Of a stretch of DNA of 64,000 bases, positions 1-10,980 are shown piece by piece. The stretch is from Azolla caroliniana. Its lineage: Eukaryota; Plantae; Polypodiophyta. How positions within the stretch are numbered: the stretch's first letter is position 1; each line of letters starts with the position of its first letter. Location of the stretch: positions 17,298,001 through 17,362,000 of the forward strand of contig JBHGNT010000013.1 in NCBI GenBank assembly GCA_043228905.1, given 5' to 3'. Below the pieces are notes generated by a model that was not told where the DNA came from, did no database searches, and worked only from the letters and a program-made list of their open reading frames with translations. A program made the translations under genes and the position numbers.

Positions 1-1117
1 CCACGATGGCTAATAACTCCTTGTCATGTATTTCGTAGTTGATTTCTGCGACATCGAATTTGCGCGAATGGAAAGCCACCGGATGCAACTCTTCTTTATC
101 TCCTTGTTGAGAAAGGATGCTACCGAGGGCGAAATCTGATGCGTCGACCTCCATGATGAATGGTTTGCTTGTATCCACATGAGCTAGAATCGATGCTGAT
201 GTAAAGGCTTTCTTAAGATGCCGAAAAGCCATATCTGCTTCTATGGACCAAAGAAATGCTTGGCCCTTCTTCGTAAGTTGTGTGAGAGGTAAAATAATCT
301 TCGAGTAATCCTGTATAAACTTACGGTAGAAGTTAGCAAAACCTAGAAAACATTGTACATCTCGTACCGACCGTGGAATTTGCCGCTCTAGTACAGTTTG
401 GATTTTAGCTGTATCCATGGCGATGCCCTTTGAGGAGATGACGTAGCCTAGAAATTCCACTTGCTTGCAGTCAAAGCTACATTTTTCTAGCTTGGCATAA
501 AGACCATTCTCGCGGAGTCGCTTTAGTACTAATAGTACATGAGAATCGTGCTCTTCCTGGGTCTTCGAATAAATCAATAGATCATCCAGATAAATGATCA
601 AACAGATATCCAAGAGGTCTCTGAATATATCATTTGCCATGTGTTGGAAGACTGCAGGTGCATTGGTTAGGCCAAACGGCATAACAGTATACTCGAAATG
701 CCCATACCGCGTGTGAAAGGCGGTCTTCCACTCATCCCCCGGTCGGATCTGCACGAGGTTATACGCTCCTCGTAGATCGATTTTAGTAAAAAACTTGGCA
801 CCATTAACTCGCTCTAAAAGACTTGATATAAGAGGAAGTGCATACCTATTCCGGATGGTGACTTTATTCAATCCGCGGTAATCAACGACAAGACGAAGTG
901 AGCCATCTTTCTTCTTGACAAAGAAGATGGGTGCACCGGCCGGAGATTTCGAATGACGGATGAACCCGCTTGCCAAGTTCTCCTCTATGTAGGCTCGAAG
1001 GACTTCTAACTCGGTGGGTGACAAGTTGTAAATTGGTCCCCATGGTGGCTCGGTTCCTGGTTGTAAATCGATGGGACAGTCATAGGGACGGTGATGAGGA
1101 AGGGTACCGGCTTTTAC
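1..1117 (-). pseudogene. Element A pol: reverse transcriptase and start of RNase H
   Basis: Reverse complement gives PPWGPIYNL, SPAGAPIFFVKKKDG, TKIDLRGAYNLV, MPFGLTNAPAVFQ, YLDD and HPVAFHSR. No ORF-track call because it is cut by the window edge and the insertion. Confidence 0.9.
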
Positions 1118-1399
1118 TGTCGAATACAAGTGTATAATGGACGTATTCACACTATCCCTTTAGGCCATTTGTGTAATTAGCATAAAGGGTAGTTGCCCTA
1201 AGTCGGTCACTATATATATTGACCTTGTAACCTTTTTGTAAGGTTGGGTGTTGTATTATTGTTTCTATTGAATAGAAAGTCTTTTGTGTCTCTCTCTCTC
1301 TCTCTCTCTGTGCAACGACCTACAATCTGTCATACGCAGGTATACAGAACAGAATCGAATGCTCCTTGATCTTCCGCATAGACGACCTCGTCCCCAACA
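1118..1399 (+). repeat. 5' LTR of intact Copia (282 bp)
   Basis: Direct repeat of 6292-6577; differs only in (TG)n(TC)n copy number. Confidence 0.97.
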
Positions 1400-2081
1400 A
1401 CTGGTATCAGAGCTAGGTTGTCGGCCGTCATCACCGCCTGCACAGCATTCGGTTCTTCACTTCATCACGGCCTGCACAGTATTCGCGTCATTCGAAGAAA
1501 GAAAGAAGAAGAAAAGAAACGAGGCTTGCATCTCATCGCGTTAGATCATCTTCGCTTGGAGTAAGCCAGCAGGTTGTACTCTGTTCCTTGTGATCGTAAC
1601 CGCTCGAGGTGAAATCCCCTTGTGCATCATTGACACGATCGTGCTCCATTCGGTTAAACGGCATCCGAAGAGGTCATCAAACGCTGCTCGCCGCTCATTG
1701 TAACCACTCGGTGCAGATCGGTCTCAAGACAACAACCCAAATTCGTGCTTCATCTGGCTGATCGACATTCGGGAGGATCAGTTGGATCCGTCTCTCTCGT
1801 TGCTGCAGTCAACCGAAGCAGAATCGGTCCAGATAATCGGTTTCAATAATCGGTATTCGGCATATATATCCGAAGTGAACCGGGCTCACTCCGACTCGGC
1901 AACATTCGGGAAGACCAGTTGGTTCTGTCCCTCAAGCTACCGGAGTCAATTCGAGCAAGTTCCGAAGCCGAACCGACTCGGGTTCAAATCCGACTAGAAC
2001 GATATCGGGTGAGCCAACCGACTGCACTCCAACAAGGTTCGTAGTCAACTCCGAACCGAGCTTCGTCAACCGAAACCGAAT

Positions 2082-5000
2082 TTGATGGCATCAACATCCG
2101 GCTCGTCAGAAATGAGTCTCCGAAAGTTCGATGGATCGAACTTCAACTTCTGGAAGGAACAAATGCAGGACTATCTCATAGTCAAGGGGCAAATCGATCC
2201 CATCGAAAATGAAGAACCTCCAGAAGGATACAAACCAATTGAGTGGCAGAAGCTGGACAGAATCGTCCGCGCCACGATTCGGATGCACCTATCGGAATCG
2301 GTATACTTTACGGTGCAATCGTGTACGACAACATTCGAACTGTGGAAAACACTGTCGGACACTTACGAAAAGAAGGTCGCCGCAACTAAGATGTTTCTGA
2401 TCCGGCGCCTCTACAACTTGCGGATGAAAGAATCCGATTCGGTTCAAGCACACCTCAATGAGTACGAAAGCATAAGCTCCCAAATCTCGTCACAGGGGAC
2501 GGCAATCGAGGATGAACTCAGAGCAATGATACTCATGAGTAGCCTTCCCTCATCATGGGAAACTTTCGTCACAACCGTGTGCAACGCGTCAACCACGGCT
2601 GTTAAGTACTCCGAAGTCACGAGCGCAATCCTGACCGAAGCAGCTCGGAGAAAGTCTTTCGCCAAAGACTCAACAGACGACGCTTATGTAGTACAAGGTT
2701 CGACAGACCGATCGAACATACGAGGAAGAGATTCCTCACGACCGCCGAACAATCAACGAAGACGGAGCCAGTCACGGGATAACCGAATCTGCAACTATTG
2801 CAAGAAACCCGGACACATCAAAGCCGACTGTCGCGCACTCAAGAACAAGAACAACAAGAAGAGTGGCCGGCATGAGGAGATCAATTACGTCAGCTTCTCA
2901 GCTGATGTGCTACCAGACGACCCGAATATACTATCAATCGAAAATCCAGTCGGATCAGAAGTCCTACTCACAACTGAAGAGTCGAGCACATGGCTCTTAG
3001 ATTCGGGCGCGTCATTTCACGTGACTCCTCATCGATCCCAATTTCGGCAATATACGATCCGTCACTCCGACTCAGTTCGAGTCGGCAACTCACAACACTG
3101 TGACATCATCGGAATCGGCACAATAGAGCTCAACCTTGCAGGTGGCTCTACACTTGTACTCCACAATGTCCGACATGTACCCGAGCTCTCAAGGCCATTG
3201 ATCTCAGTCGGACAACTAGATGAAGACGGCATTCGTGCCGGTTTTTCTTCGGGAGGGTGGACACTCCACAGGGGGAACCTCCTACTTGCTAGAGGACCCA
3301 AGATACACTCCCTGTATCCGTTACATGTTACGCTCAGAGAGGGTAACCTGTTTTTGGTGGATATTCCTGTGTCATCACTATGGCACAGAAGATTAGGACA
3401 CCTCAGCAAGGCCGGCATCATGCATCTATCTAGAGCCGGATACATCCCTAAACTCTCCTTCTCCGACCATCAATTCTGCGAGCATTGCCAGTATGGCAAA
3501 CAAGCAGCCGCATCACACCTGACATCAGCACCAAGAGAAACGAGACCTCTTGATTTGGTCCACTCGGACGTCTGTGGCCCAATGCCGCATCAGTCTCTCG
3601 GCGGTGCCTCTTACTTCGTCACTTTTATTGACGATTCGACTCGAAAGGTGTGGGCTTATCCGATTCGCACCAAAGATCGGGTCTTCTCGATCTTCACCGA
3701 TTGGCTCGCTATGGTAGAAAATCAAACCGACCGAAAGCTGAAATGCTTTCGGACAGACAATGGGGGAGAGTTCAAATCCGATGAATTCGTCAAATTCTGC
3801 CGACAACGCGGCATCCGACGTGAATTTACGGCACCACACAACCCGGAGCAAAACGGGATTGTCGAACGCATGAATCGCACAATCCAAGAACGGATAGTTT
3901 CCATGCTCCAACACTCCGGACTGTCGGATGGCTTCTGGGCAGAGGCTCTACTCACGGCAGTACACATAATCAATATGTCGCCAAGTAGACCTCTAGGACT
4001 TCAAATTCCTCAGGAACGATGGATCGGCAGTAAGCCGAATTACGACAAGCTGAGGATCTTCGGATGCGAGGCGTACGCCCTTATTCCGAAAGATGATCGC
4101 CGAAAACTTGCACCTCGGTCCAGGAAATGCATTTTCCTTGGATATGGATCCGACGGCGAAATGGGATACCGACTCTGGGATCCCGAACGCAGACAAATCG
4201 TCCGAAGTTCGGACGTTGTGTTCAACGAGTCGGCTATGAATCCATCAGTCGAAAAACCGATCGAAGTCCGAAGGGTAACATTTTCCGATGTGCCGACCCT
4301 TCAAGAAGGCCCCGCTCTCAACACACGGTCAGCTTCACGGGTAGCTGAACCCTACACTACCGACTCGGACAACTCCGACTCGGCACAGCAGAACAATCCG
4401 CTTTCGGACCATCCGACCACGATACCCGATGCGACCAGTCCAATCATACCTCGACGATCCGAGAGACTGTCGCAACCTCCGGAGAGGTACTCTCCTGGAA
4501 TTTTCCTCACCGACGCCGGCGAACCGACGTCTTACGAAGAAGCATCGACATCTGTCGATTCAGCCACCTGGCATCTGGCGATGGAGTCGGAAATGCACTC
4601 CATTCGGGCAAACAAGACTTGGGATCTGGTCGAATTACCTAAGAACCGACGTGCTCTTCCTTGCAAGTGGGTTTATCGACTAAAAGAGACGTCTGATTCG
4701 ACCACCCCAAAGTACAAGGCCAGATTAGTTGCGAAGGGCTTCCGACAAGAATATGGCGTCGACTTCGACGAGATTTTTTCACCAGTGGTGAAAATGACAA
4801 CCCTTCGTTTTCTACTCGGCGTAGTGGCAGCCGACAACTTGGAGCTGATTCAGCTAGATGTCAAAACAGCCTTCCTCCATGGTGATCTCGAGGAGGAAAT
4901 TTATATGGAGCAGCCAAAAGGCTTCGTGGCAACTGGCCAAGAACATTTAGTCTGCCGACTCAGGAAGAGTCTATACGGCCTCAAACAGGCACCACGACAA

Positions 5001-6098
5001 TGGTACAAGAAGTTCGACGACTTCATCCAATCGATCGGCTTCTCCAAAAGCGATGATGACCATTGTCTCTTCACCAACACAGCTCACGATGGATCACCCA
5101 TCTTCCTCATCATTTACGTGGACGACATGCTAATTTCTGGACGCCACGCGGGCGAACTTGCCGATCTCATTCAGCAACTGCGGTTGAAGTTTGCCATGAA
5201 GGACCTCGGTCCGGCACGACACATACTCGGCATGAAGATTAGTCGGCATCGCGATAAACGACATCTTTTTTTGTCTCAGACCGACTATATCCGACGTGTC
5301 TTGGAACGCTTCAACATGCAATCAGCCAAATCTGCTTCAACCCCGCTCCCAATGAATCTTCGGCTCTCTCAGCGAGACTGCCCGACATCCGGCCCGGAGG
5401 GGGAAGATATGAAGTCGGTACCGTATGCACCGGCAGTCGGCTCCCTTATGTACCTGATGGTCGCGACACGGCCTGATATTTCTCATGCCGTAGGAGTCGT
5501 TAGCAGATTTATGCACAATCCTGGCCGATCGCATTGGAACGCAGTCAAGCATGTGTTCAGATATCTGGCTGGCACAAAAGACCATGGCATTCTTTTCGGT
5601 CCGAACCGAACCTCAGGCGTAGTCGGTTACACCGACTCGGACTTCGCCGGCTGTATAGACAGTCGGAAATCAACAACCGGATACTGCTTCAAATTCGGCA
5701 ATGGAGCAATCTCGTGGAAGTCGAAACTTCAGGAGTGCACAGCGACCTCAACGACCGAAGCAGAATATGTAGCTGCGTCCGACGCAGCAAAAGAAGCTTT
5801 ATGGCTCGGTCGGCTGGCGCACACGTTTCGACAAGTCGACCATGACTCGGCTCCAGTTGTCTACAGCGACAGTCAAGGTGCTGTTGCCTTGTCGAAAAAT
5901 CCGGTTCACCACAACGCCTCCAAACATATCGACGTTCGATATCACTTCGTTCGGGACTGCGTCATTTCAGGGAAAATCGGTCTAGAGAAAATATCCACAA
6001 CCGACAATGTCGCAGATGGAATGACCAAGTGTCTTTCGGCAGACCGCTTTCGGTTTCTTCGGCATCAGATGGGTGTAACGACAAACCAGTCCGGTTAG
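2082..6098 (+). CDS. Copia Gag-Pol polyprotein (Gag, CCHC, protease, integrase, RT, RNase H), 1338 aa
   Basis: Uninterrupted ORF with CNYCKKPGHIKADC, WLLDSGASFH, LWHRRLGH..CEHC, RTDNGGEF, QLDVKTAFLHG, IYVDDML, YTDSD and KHIDVRYHF in Copia domain order. ATG start probably 2085. Confidence 0.97.
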   Translation: MMASTSGSSEMSLRKFDGSNFNFWKEQMQDYLIVKGQIDPIENEEPPEGYKPIEWQKLDRIVRATIRMHLSESVYFTVQSCTTTFELWKTLSDTYEKKVAATKMFLIRRLYNLRMKESDSVQAHLNEYESISSQISSQGTAIEDELRAMILMSSLPSSWETFVTTVCNASTTAVKYSEVTSAILTEAARRKSFAKDSTDDAYVVQGSTDRSNIRGRDSSRPPNNQRRRSQSRDNRICNYCKKPGHIKADCRALKNKNNKKSGRHEEINYVSFSADVLPDDPNILSIENPVGSEVLLTTEESSTWLLDSGASFHVTPHRSQFRQYTIRHSDSVRVGNSQHCDIIGIGTIELNLAGGSTLVLHNVRHVPELSRPLISVGQLDEDGIRAGFSSGGWTLHRGNLLLARGPKIHSLYPLHVTLREGNLFLVDIPVSSLWHRRLGHLSKAGIMHLSRAGYIPKLSFSDHQFCEHCQYGKQAAASHLTSAPRETRPLDLVHSDVCGPMPHQSLGGASYFVTFIDDSTRKVWAYPIRTKDRVFSIFTDWLAMVENQTDRKLKCFRTDNGGEFKSDEFVKFCRQRGIRREFTAPHNPEQNGIVERMNRTIQERIVSMLQHSGLSDGFWAEALLTAVHIINMSPSRPLGLQIPQERWIGSKPNYDKLRIFGCEAYALIPKDDRRKLAPRSRKCIFLGYGSDGEMGYRLWDPERRQIVRSSDVVFNESAMNPSVEKPIEVRRVTFSDVPTLQEGPALNTRSASRVAEPYTTDSDNSDSAQQNNPLSDHPTTIPDATSPIIPRRSERLSQPPERYSPGIFLTDAGEPTSYEEASTSVDSATWHLAMESEMHSIRANKTWDLVELPKNRRALPCKWVYRLKETSDSTTPKYKARLVAKGFRQEYGVDFDEIFSPVVKMTTLRFLLGVVAADNLELIQLDVKTAFLHGDLEEEIYMEQPKGFVATGQEHLVCRLRKSLYGLKQAPRQWYKKFDDFIQSIGFSKSDDDHCLFTNTAHDGSPIFLIIYVDDMLISGRHAGELADLIQQLRLKFAMKDLGPARHILGMKISRHRDKRHLFLSQTDYIRRVLERFNMQSAKSASTPLPMNLRLSQRDCPTSGPEGEDMKSVPYAPAVGSLMYLMVATRPDISHAVGVVSRFMHNPGRSHWNAVKHVFRYLAGTKDHGILFGPNRTSGVVGYTDSDFAGCIDSRKSTTGYCFKFGNGAISWKSKLQECTATSTTEAEYVAASDAAKEALWLGRLAHTFRQVDHDSAPVVYSDSQGAVALSKNPVHHNASKHIDVRYHFVRDCVISGKIGLEKISTTDNVADGMTKCLSADRFRFLRHQMGVTTNQSG

Positions 6099-6291
6099 AG
6101 CCGGACACAGAACAGGATGGTTCCCGACAACCGACATCAGTTCCTTAATGATCGGCTTCAACTGTTCCGACCCGACCAGTTCGGTCTTCTGCCTTCGGAC
6201 CCTGCCGACTCGAACAAAGCTGATATGTCCGAGAACCTAAGTCTATACCTGTAATCTTAGATAACCCATGTATACGCCCATTACGGGGGAG

Positions 6292-6577
6292 TGTCGAATA
6301 CAAGTGTATAATGGACGTATTCACACTATCCCTTTAGGCCATTTGTGTAATTAGCATAAAGGGTAGTTGCCCTAAGTCGGTCACTATATATATTGACCTT
6401 GTAACCTTTTTGTAAGGTTGGGTGTTGTATTATTGTTTCTATTGAATAGAAAGTCTTTTGTGTGTGTGTCTCTCTCTCTCTCTCTCTGTGCAACGACCTA
6501 CAATCTGTCATACGCAGGTATACAGAACAGAATCGAATGCTCCTTGATCTTCCGCATAGACGACCTCGTCCCCAACA
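6292..6577 (+). repeat. 3' LTR of intact Copia (286 bp)
   Basis: Direct repeat of 1118-1399, followed by TSD TTTAC. Confidence 0.97.
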
Positions 6578-6582
6578 TTTAC

Positions 6583-7224
6583 CTTGTCAAATACATCGGC
6601 ATAAGGATGATATTTTGCCGAAAGTTGTACTGAGGAGTCCTTCTTAATAGTGCTAGAAGGATGTACTGATATTGCAAATAGGAACATTGCCTCCTTGGGT
6701 CCTTCTTCGCGTAGTTGATGGAGTGAAATGGTTGAAACCCGGTGAGTTGATTCTTGGGGTGGTCGATATCAGACTTCTCTTGTTCTCCAATCTATGGCTG
6801 GATTATGAAATTCAAACCAAGGTAATCCTAGGACAATGGGATGCTCTGGACTACTAATTATATTAAATGATATTACACACACAAAACTACCTAGGACAAC
6901 TTTAATGGGTTCTGATTCTTCTACAATATTCCCGGAAGCAATGGGACGACCATTGATGACTACTACAGATGCGGGACAAGGAAGTTTTCTTAAGGATATC
7001 TGAGAAGCTTGGGCAAAATTTCGATCCATGAAACAAGAATTAGCTCCGTAATCTAAAAGTGCTAGGACGGGTACTGGGGGAGTACTTTTAGTACTAACAA
7101 TGTCTTGGGCTAGGAACACATTGCTAACTTGCTTGGAAGGAATGGAACCACTAATGGGCTGTACAGATCTAGGGCTGTAGTCCAACCAAACGACTCCTAT
7201 TTTGGCTGGACTCAATCGTTTAAC
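6583..7224 (-). pseudogene. Element A pol 5' part (aspartic protease), -1 frame relative to gag
   Basis: ORF 6769-7215 with ALLDYGANSCFMD and IVLGLPWFEFHNPAIDW; premature stop near 6769. Confidence 0.88.
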
Positions 7225-8369
7225 TCTTCATCTAATTGACTAAGGATTTCAAATTTATTTGAGATACTTGGGCTATTAGTACTATGAATACTATCAAACA
7301 CTCTATTAGTACTATTAATACTATCAGACACTCCTAAGGGAAGAATTGACTCGGGTTTAGTACAAGCTACAATTTGATTTACCTGTCTTCTTGGCCTATG
7401 GGGACAATTGATTGCGATATGCCCTGGTCCACCGCAATAAAGACATAATCGATTTGCACGTCGTTGTTGCTTTTCTTCTTCCGATAACGGGCCGCGTCGA
7501 CGCATGGTATCGATCTCCATCGGTGTCGAAGTATTTGCTTGAGGTATGTCTCGTGCAAACGGTTTAGCCGCGACTGCGGCGTAAGTGGGCTCCGGCCTAG
7601 CGCGTGGTATCTGTAATTGACGTTCCGAACGCCGTTCGAAAAGGCGGTTGTCACATCGGACCGCTCGACTGATTGCCTCCGTAAGAGACTTTGGTTCTTC
7701 GGGGAAGGTTAGAAGTAGATCTTTGACATTATTTCGCAAGCCATAGCGAAACTGCTCCATTAGTGCTTGATCATCCCAGGGTATGTTTGAAGCGAGTAGG
7801 CGGAAATCCGCCGCGTAGGCAGAGGCTGGATGATCGCCTTGACGCAATCGCCGGATCTTGTTGATCGCCGTCGTGATGCTATCGGTGTCTCCAAAGCAGG
7901 CTTTGAACTCACTAATAAAATCTTCAAAGTTATTAAGCAAGGGCGATTGTTTTTCTAGAAGCGGAGCGAACCATGCTAAGGCTGAGCCGCTAAGCAACGT
8001 GCCTATTAAGCCGACTCGGGATGCATCAGTGGGGTATCGGGAAGGATGCATTTGGAGGACTAATTGTACCTGATTAAGGAATCCCCTGAATTGCGATAGC
8101 GTTCCATCAAATTTCACAGGAAGTCCAATCTTCGGCTCTTTATGAAATCCTTGGGGACTTGATCCTTGTTGTTGCAATGCCGCTTCGAGTTGTTGCACTC
8201 GTAATGCTAACTCCCCATGCTAGTGCTGTGTTTGTTGCTTTTCTAGAGCGATTTGTTGCAGATCCCCTATCAGCCGTTGGTTTTCTTGTTCCAAGGCAAC
8301 AAAATTTTCTTTTAAGCATTGTAGCTCGGAGAAAATGGATTGATATTCTTGGGCGCTAACAGTAGCCAT
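7212..8369 (-). pseudogene. Element A gag (one premature stop near 8220)
   Basis: ATG at 8369 (MATVSAQEY..) is in frame with ORF 7212-8198. CLYCGGPGHIAINC knuckle; collinear with gag 43004-44131. Confidence 0.9.
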
Positions 8370-8680
8370 AGTATAGGGAAAAGGGTAGGAGGACAAATTG
8401 GTTCAAACTGTCAGGAATAGTACTAAGCAGAGATGGAATTAGTACTAAAGAAGAGCAGTACTATTAGTACTAAGAGGACGGGACTACGTAAGACTCCCGA
8501 GAGAGAGAGAGAGAGAGAAGCGAAAAGAGAGATAGCGAGGATGAGAGAGAGAGAGAGATGATGATAACAACCAATATATTATGTGAAGGATAAGTACAAA
8601 ATGGCTAAGAGGCTTAAGACTGGTGTCGAACCAATTTGGTTCAAAACAATGCCTTGTCCCTCCTTTTATAGTGTTTTTAG

Positions 8681-8723
8681 GAATAATCCTGAAGCTTCTA
8701 GAATGTTCTAGAGAGATCTGGAA
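8681..8723. promoter_or_regulatory. Heat-shock-element array in element A U3
   Basis: GAAgcTTCtaGAAtgTTC (8691-8708) with imperfect in-phase units on both sides, just upstream of the TATA box. Confidence 0.7.
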
Positions 8724-8784
8724 TATACATCAATTTTCTATGATAAAGCATAAATGAAAATAATATCCTACAAATTACAATTCA

Positions 8785-8842
8785 TAGTCTAATGGTAAGA
8801 GCTCGACCCATGTAGCATAAGGTCATGGGTTCGAGTCTTGCC
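8785..8842 (+). promoter_or_regulatory. tRNA-like Pol III A-box/B-box cassette in element A U3, antisense to the element
   Basis: TAGTCTAATGG (8785-8795) and GGTTCGAGTC (8828-8837) at tRNA spacing, with AGGTC before the T-arm. Confidence 0.65.
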
Positions 8843-8853
8843 ATATCATGACA

Positions 8854-10143
8854 CACATTGTCTACTCCTCCTTGATGTAATTCAGCAGTTAATGCTTCTC
8901 CTTGATTTGCCTTGATGTCAGGATATGGTTGCCCTCGTTTTGGACATACAATTTTTATCTCATGTTGATAATCTTGGATATATAGGGTAGCTTGATGTTT
9001 GCTGAATTTAATTGTCATTCCTTTTGCAGTAGCTTGTCCCACTGATAATAGATGTTTTGCAATTCTAGGTACAAAGTATATATCTGAAATTTGTACAACA
9101 CGATTAATAATGAGCCTTAATTTGATATTACCTTTCCCAACTACCACTTTTTGACCTTTGTCTCCGAAGGTGACCTTCAATGGTATTGGGGGCCCTTGGT
9201 AGTTGTCCAACCAGTCTCTTCGATATGTTAGATGGTGAGTAGCCCCAGTATCCAAGAACCAAGTGCTATCATCTTCATTTTGTTTTTCTTCAAGTGTGTT
9301 TGCCTTATATGCTTGAATGTACACTTCTTCATCATGTTCTCCATATTGTTCAAGTGCCTCTTCAAAAGAGTATTATGTATTTCTATCATCTTCTTGTTGG
9401 ATAACCAAATTATGTGCCTGGGGTCGGTTTGCCTTCTTGGTCGTTCAGTTTTGCCCACATATTCTTGGTACTTTAGTTTTGCCCACATCGCTGCTGCAGA
9501 TGTGAGTTTTCGAATAATTTCTGACTTTTTTTCATCTACATTTAATATTATCTCTAGTCTAGCTCTTTTATCTAGCTTTCGCCACTTGTTCCATTCTTCT
9601 TACTCTTGTTTTTTAGGTTCTGGACTGGTGCCAGTTGTGATGTCGAGGAGCTCCTCAACATTAAGTAGTAGCTCCATTCGAGTCTTCCAAGTTTTGTAGT
9701 TTTTCTCTGTTAATTTGTCCAAGGTATATTTTCTGCTTGAGCTTGCCATAGTGATAGTACTAAGATTTGTTTATCTGAGATAATATATGGTGAGTTTTGT
9801 TGGTTATAGGGGAGGGGAGTATGAGATTCAGATCGTGCAACTAAGCTCTGATACCATGTACAAGAAATTAGAACATAATGGAATGGAGTGACAACAGAGG
9901 AAGAGAGAGAGAGATATTGAAACAATGTATAACAAGGAAAATATTATTAAGACATGTGTATTACAATGTAAGAACCTACAGTAACAACAATTACTCCAAT
10001 GTAGTATCACTCACTGAAAAACTAAACAATACTTCATACATACATATATATATACATACTTCTTTGTAACTGTTGTTTTGTCTTTTTTCTCATAACTGAT
10101 ATTTTGTCTTTATCATTTGTGGTGTAAGCAGGCAATCTTAACA
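8854..10143 (-). mobile_element. Degenerate Ty1/Copia 5' end (LTR, PBS, deleted gag, protease); host of element A
   Basis: LTR about 10143-9857, iMet PBS (GCTCTGATACCA on +, 9845-9856), gag start ATG 9749 (..LTEKNYKTWKTRMELLL), protease WFLDTGATHHLT in ORF 8782-9324. Confidence 0.82.
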
Positions 10144-10980
10144 ACGCATACAACACTGTCTACAAAGGGAGAATATTAGTAATGCTGCAACCTGGCAAGA
10201 AAGGTGAATCTATGGTGTACGAAGAATTTGCAGTGAAGTGGTTGAACAGAGAGGAGAGGGGCTGAGGAAGAGCGATGAGTTCTTCTCGGAGATCAATATG
10301 ATCAATAGGCTGCAACACCCACACCTGGTGGAGCTGAAAGGATGGTGCTACTAGAAAGGGGAGGCCATGTTGGTCTACCAATTCATGAGCAATGGAAGCT
10401 TGGCGGAGCACCTGTTCAGCAGCAGGAAGGAGAACACAACTTCCTTGAGAAGTGAGATGAGGATGGAGATCCTGAAGGGAGTAACAAAAGCTCTGAACCA
10501 TCTGCATGGGGCGGGTGCAGTGCACTGAGATGTGAAGGCCGCCAACGTGCTGCTCACGTCTAACTTTGTGGCCATGTTGGGCAACTTCAGGCTTCTACGC
10601 CTCCTCAAGGACAACAACCAAGTGACCCAAACAATGACGGCCATTGGAACTCTTGGATACATCACACCTGAGGTCGTGTTCACATGCACATTGACCAACA
10701 AGGTGGATGTGTATAGCTACAACATGCTCGCCCTAGAGGTGGCGTGTGGGCGTCGGGCCATCGAGCCGAGTTTCGACCTACCCGACGAGCGGATGTTCCT
10801 TGACTAGGTGTGGTCGAAGCGAGAGAGTGGTACCCTAATGGACGTGTTGGATCCTCGGATTACGGATGTACCGGAAGGTCACGTGGAGACAGATACAATT
10901 TGGAGGTGCATCCTCCATGTTGAGCTCAAGTGTTGCCATCCGATTCCTGAGGCACGACTGACAATGCAAGAAGTGCTCCA

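Larger units (their letters stand above)
1118..6577 (+). mobile_element. Full-length intact Ty1/Copia LTR retrotransposon (Tnt1/Tork-like by motif)
   Basis: LTRs 1118-1399 and 6292-6577 (TG..CA). TSD TTTAC at 1113-1117 and 6578-6582. tRNA-iMet PBS TGGTATCAGAGC at 1402-1413. PPT ACGGGGGAG ends at 6291. Confidence 0.98.
1..8853 (-). mobile_element. Ty3/Gypsy chromovirus-type LTR retrotransposon (element A), split by a nested Copia at 1118-6577; its 3' part lies outside the window
   Basis: Minus strand reads 5' LTR 8853-8409, gag, protease (LLDYGANSCF), then pol. Removing the Copia and one TTTAC copy restores VFDKVK-AGTLPHHRPYDCPIDLQPG, collinear with the element at 42384-48278. RT YLDD lies near 570-595 and ANFYRKF near 320. 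Confidence 0.93.
8409..8853 (-). repeat. 5' LTR of element A (445 bp)
   Basis: Minus strand starts TGTCATGA and ends CCTGACA, followed by GTTTGAACC as in element B. TATAAAA at 8670-8664; CT-rich R/U5. Confidence 0.85.

Noticed and set aside
1284-1997. Short ORFs in LTR and leader (likewise 24348-24729, 28999-29449, 42816-43082)
   Set aside because: Products of microsatellites and LTR sequence with non-ATG starts.
8780-8850. Functional tRNA gene (also 42412-42478)
   Set aside because: Boxes are present but there is no acceptor or anticodon stem and the T-stem is weak; kept only as a tRNA-like cassette.
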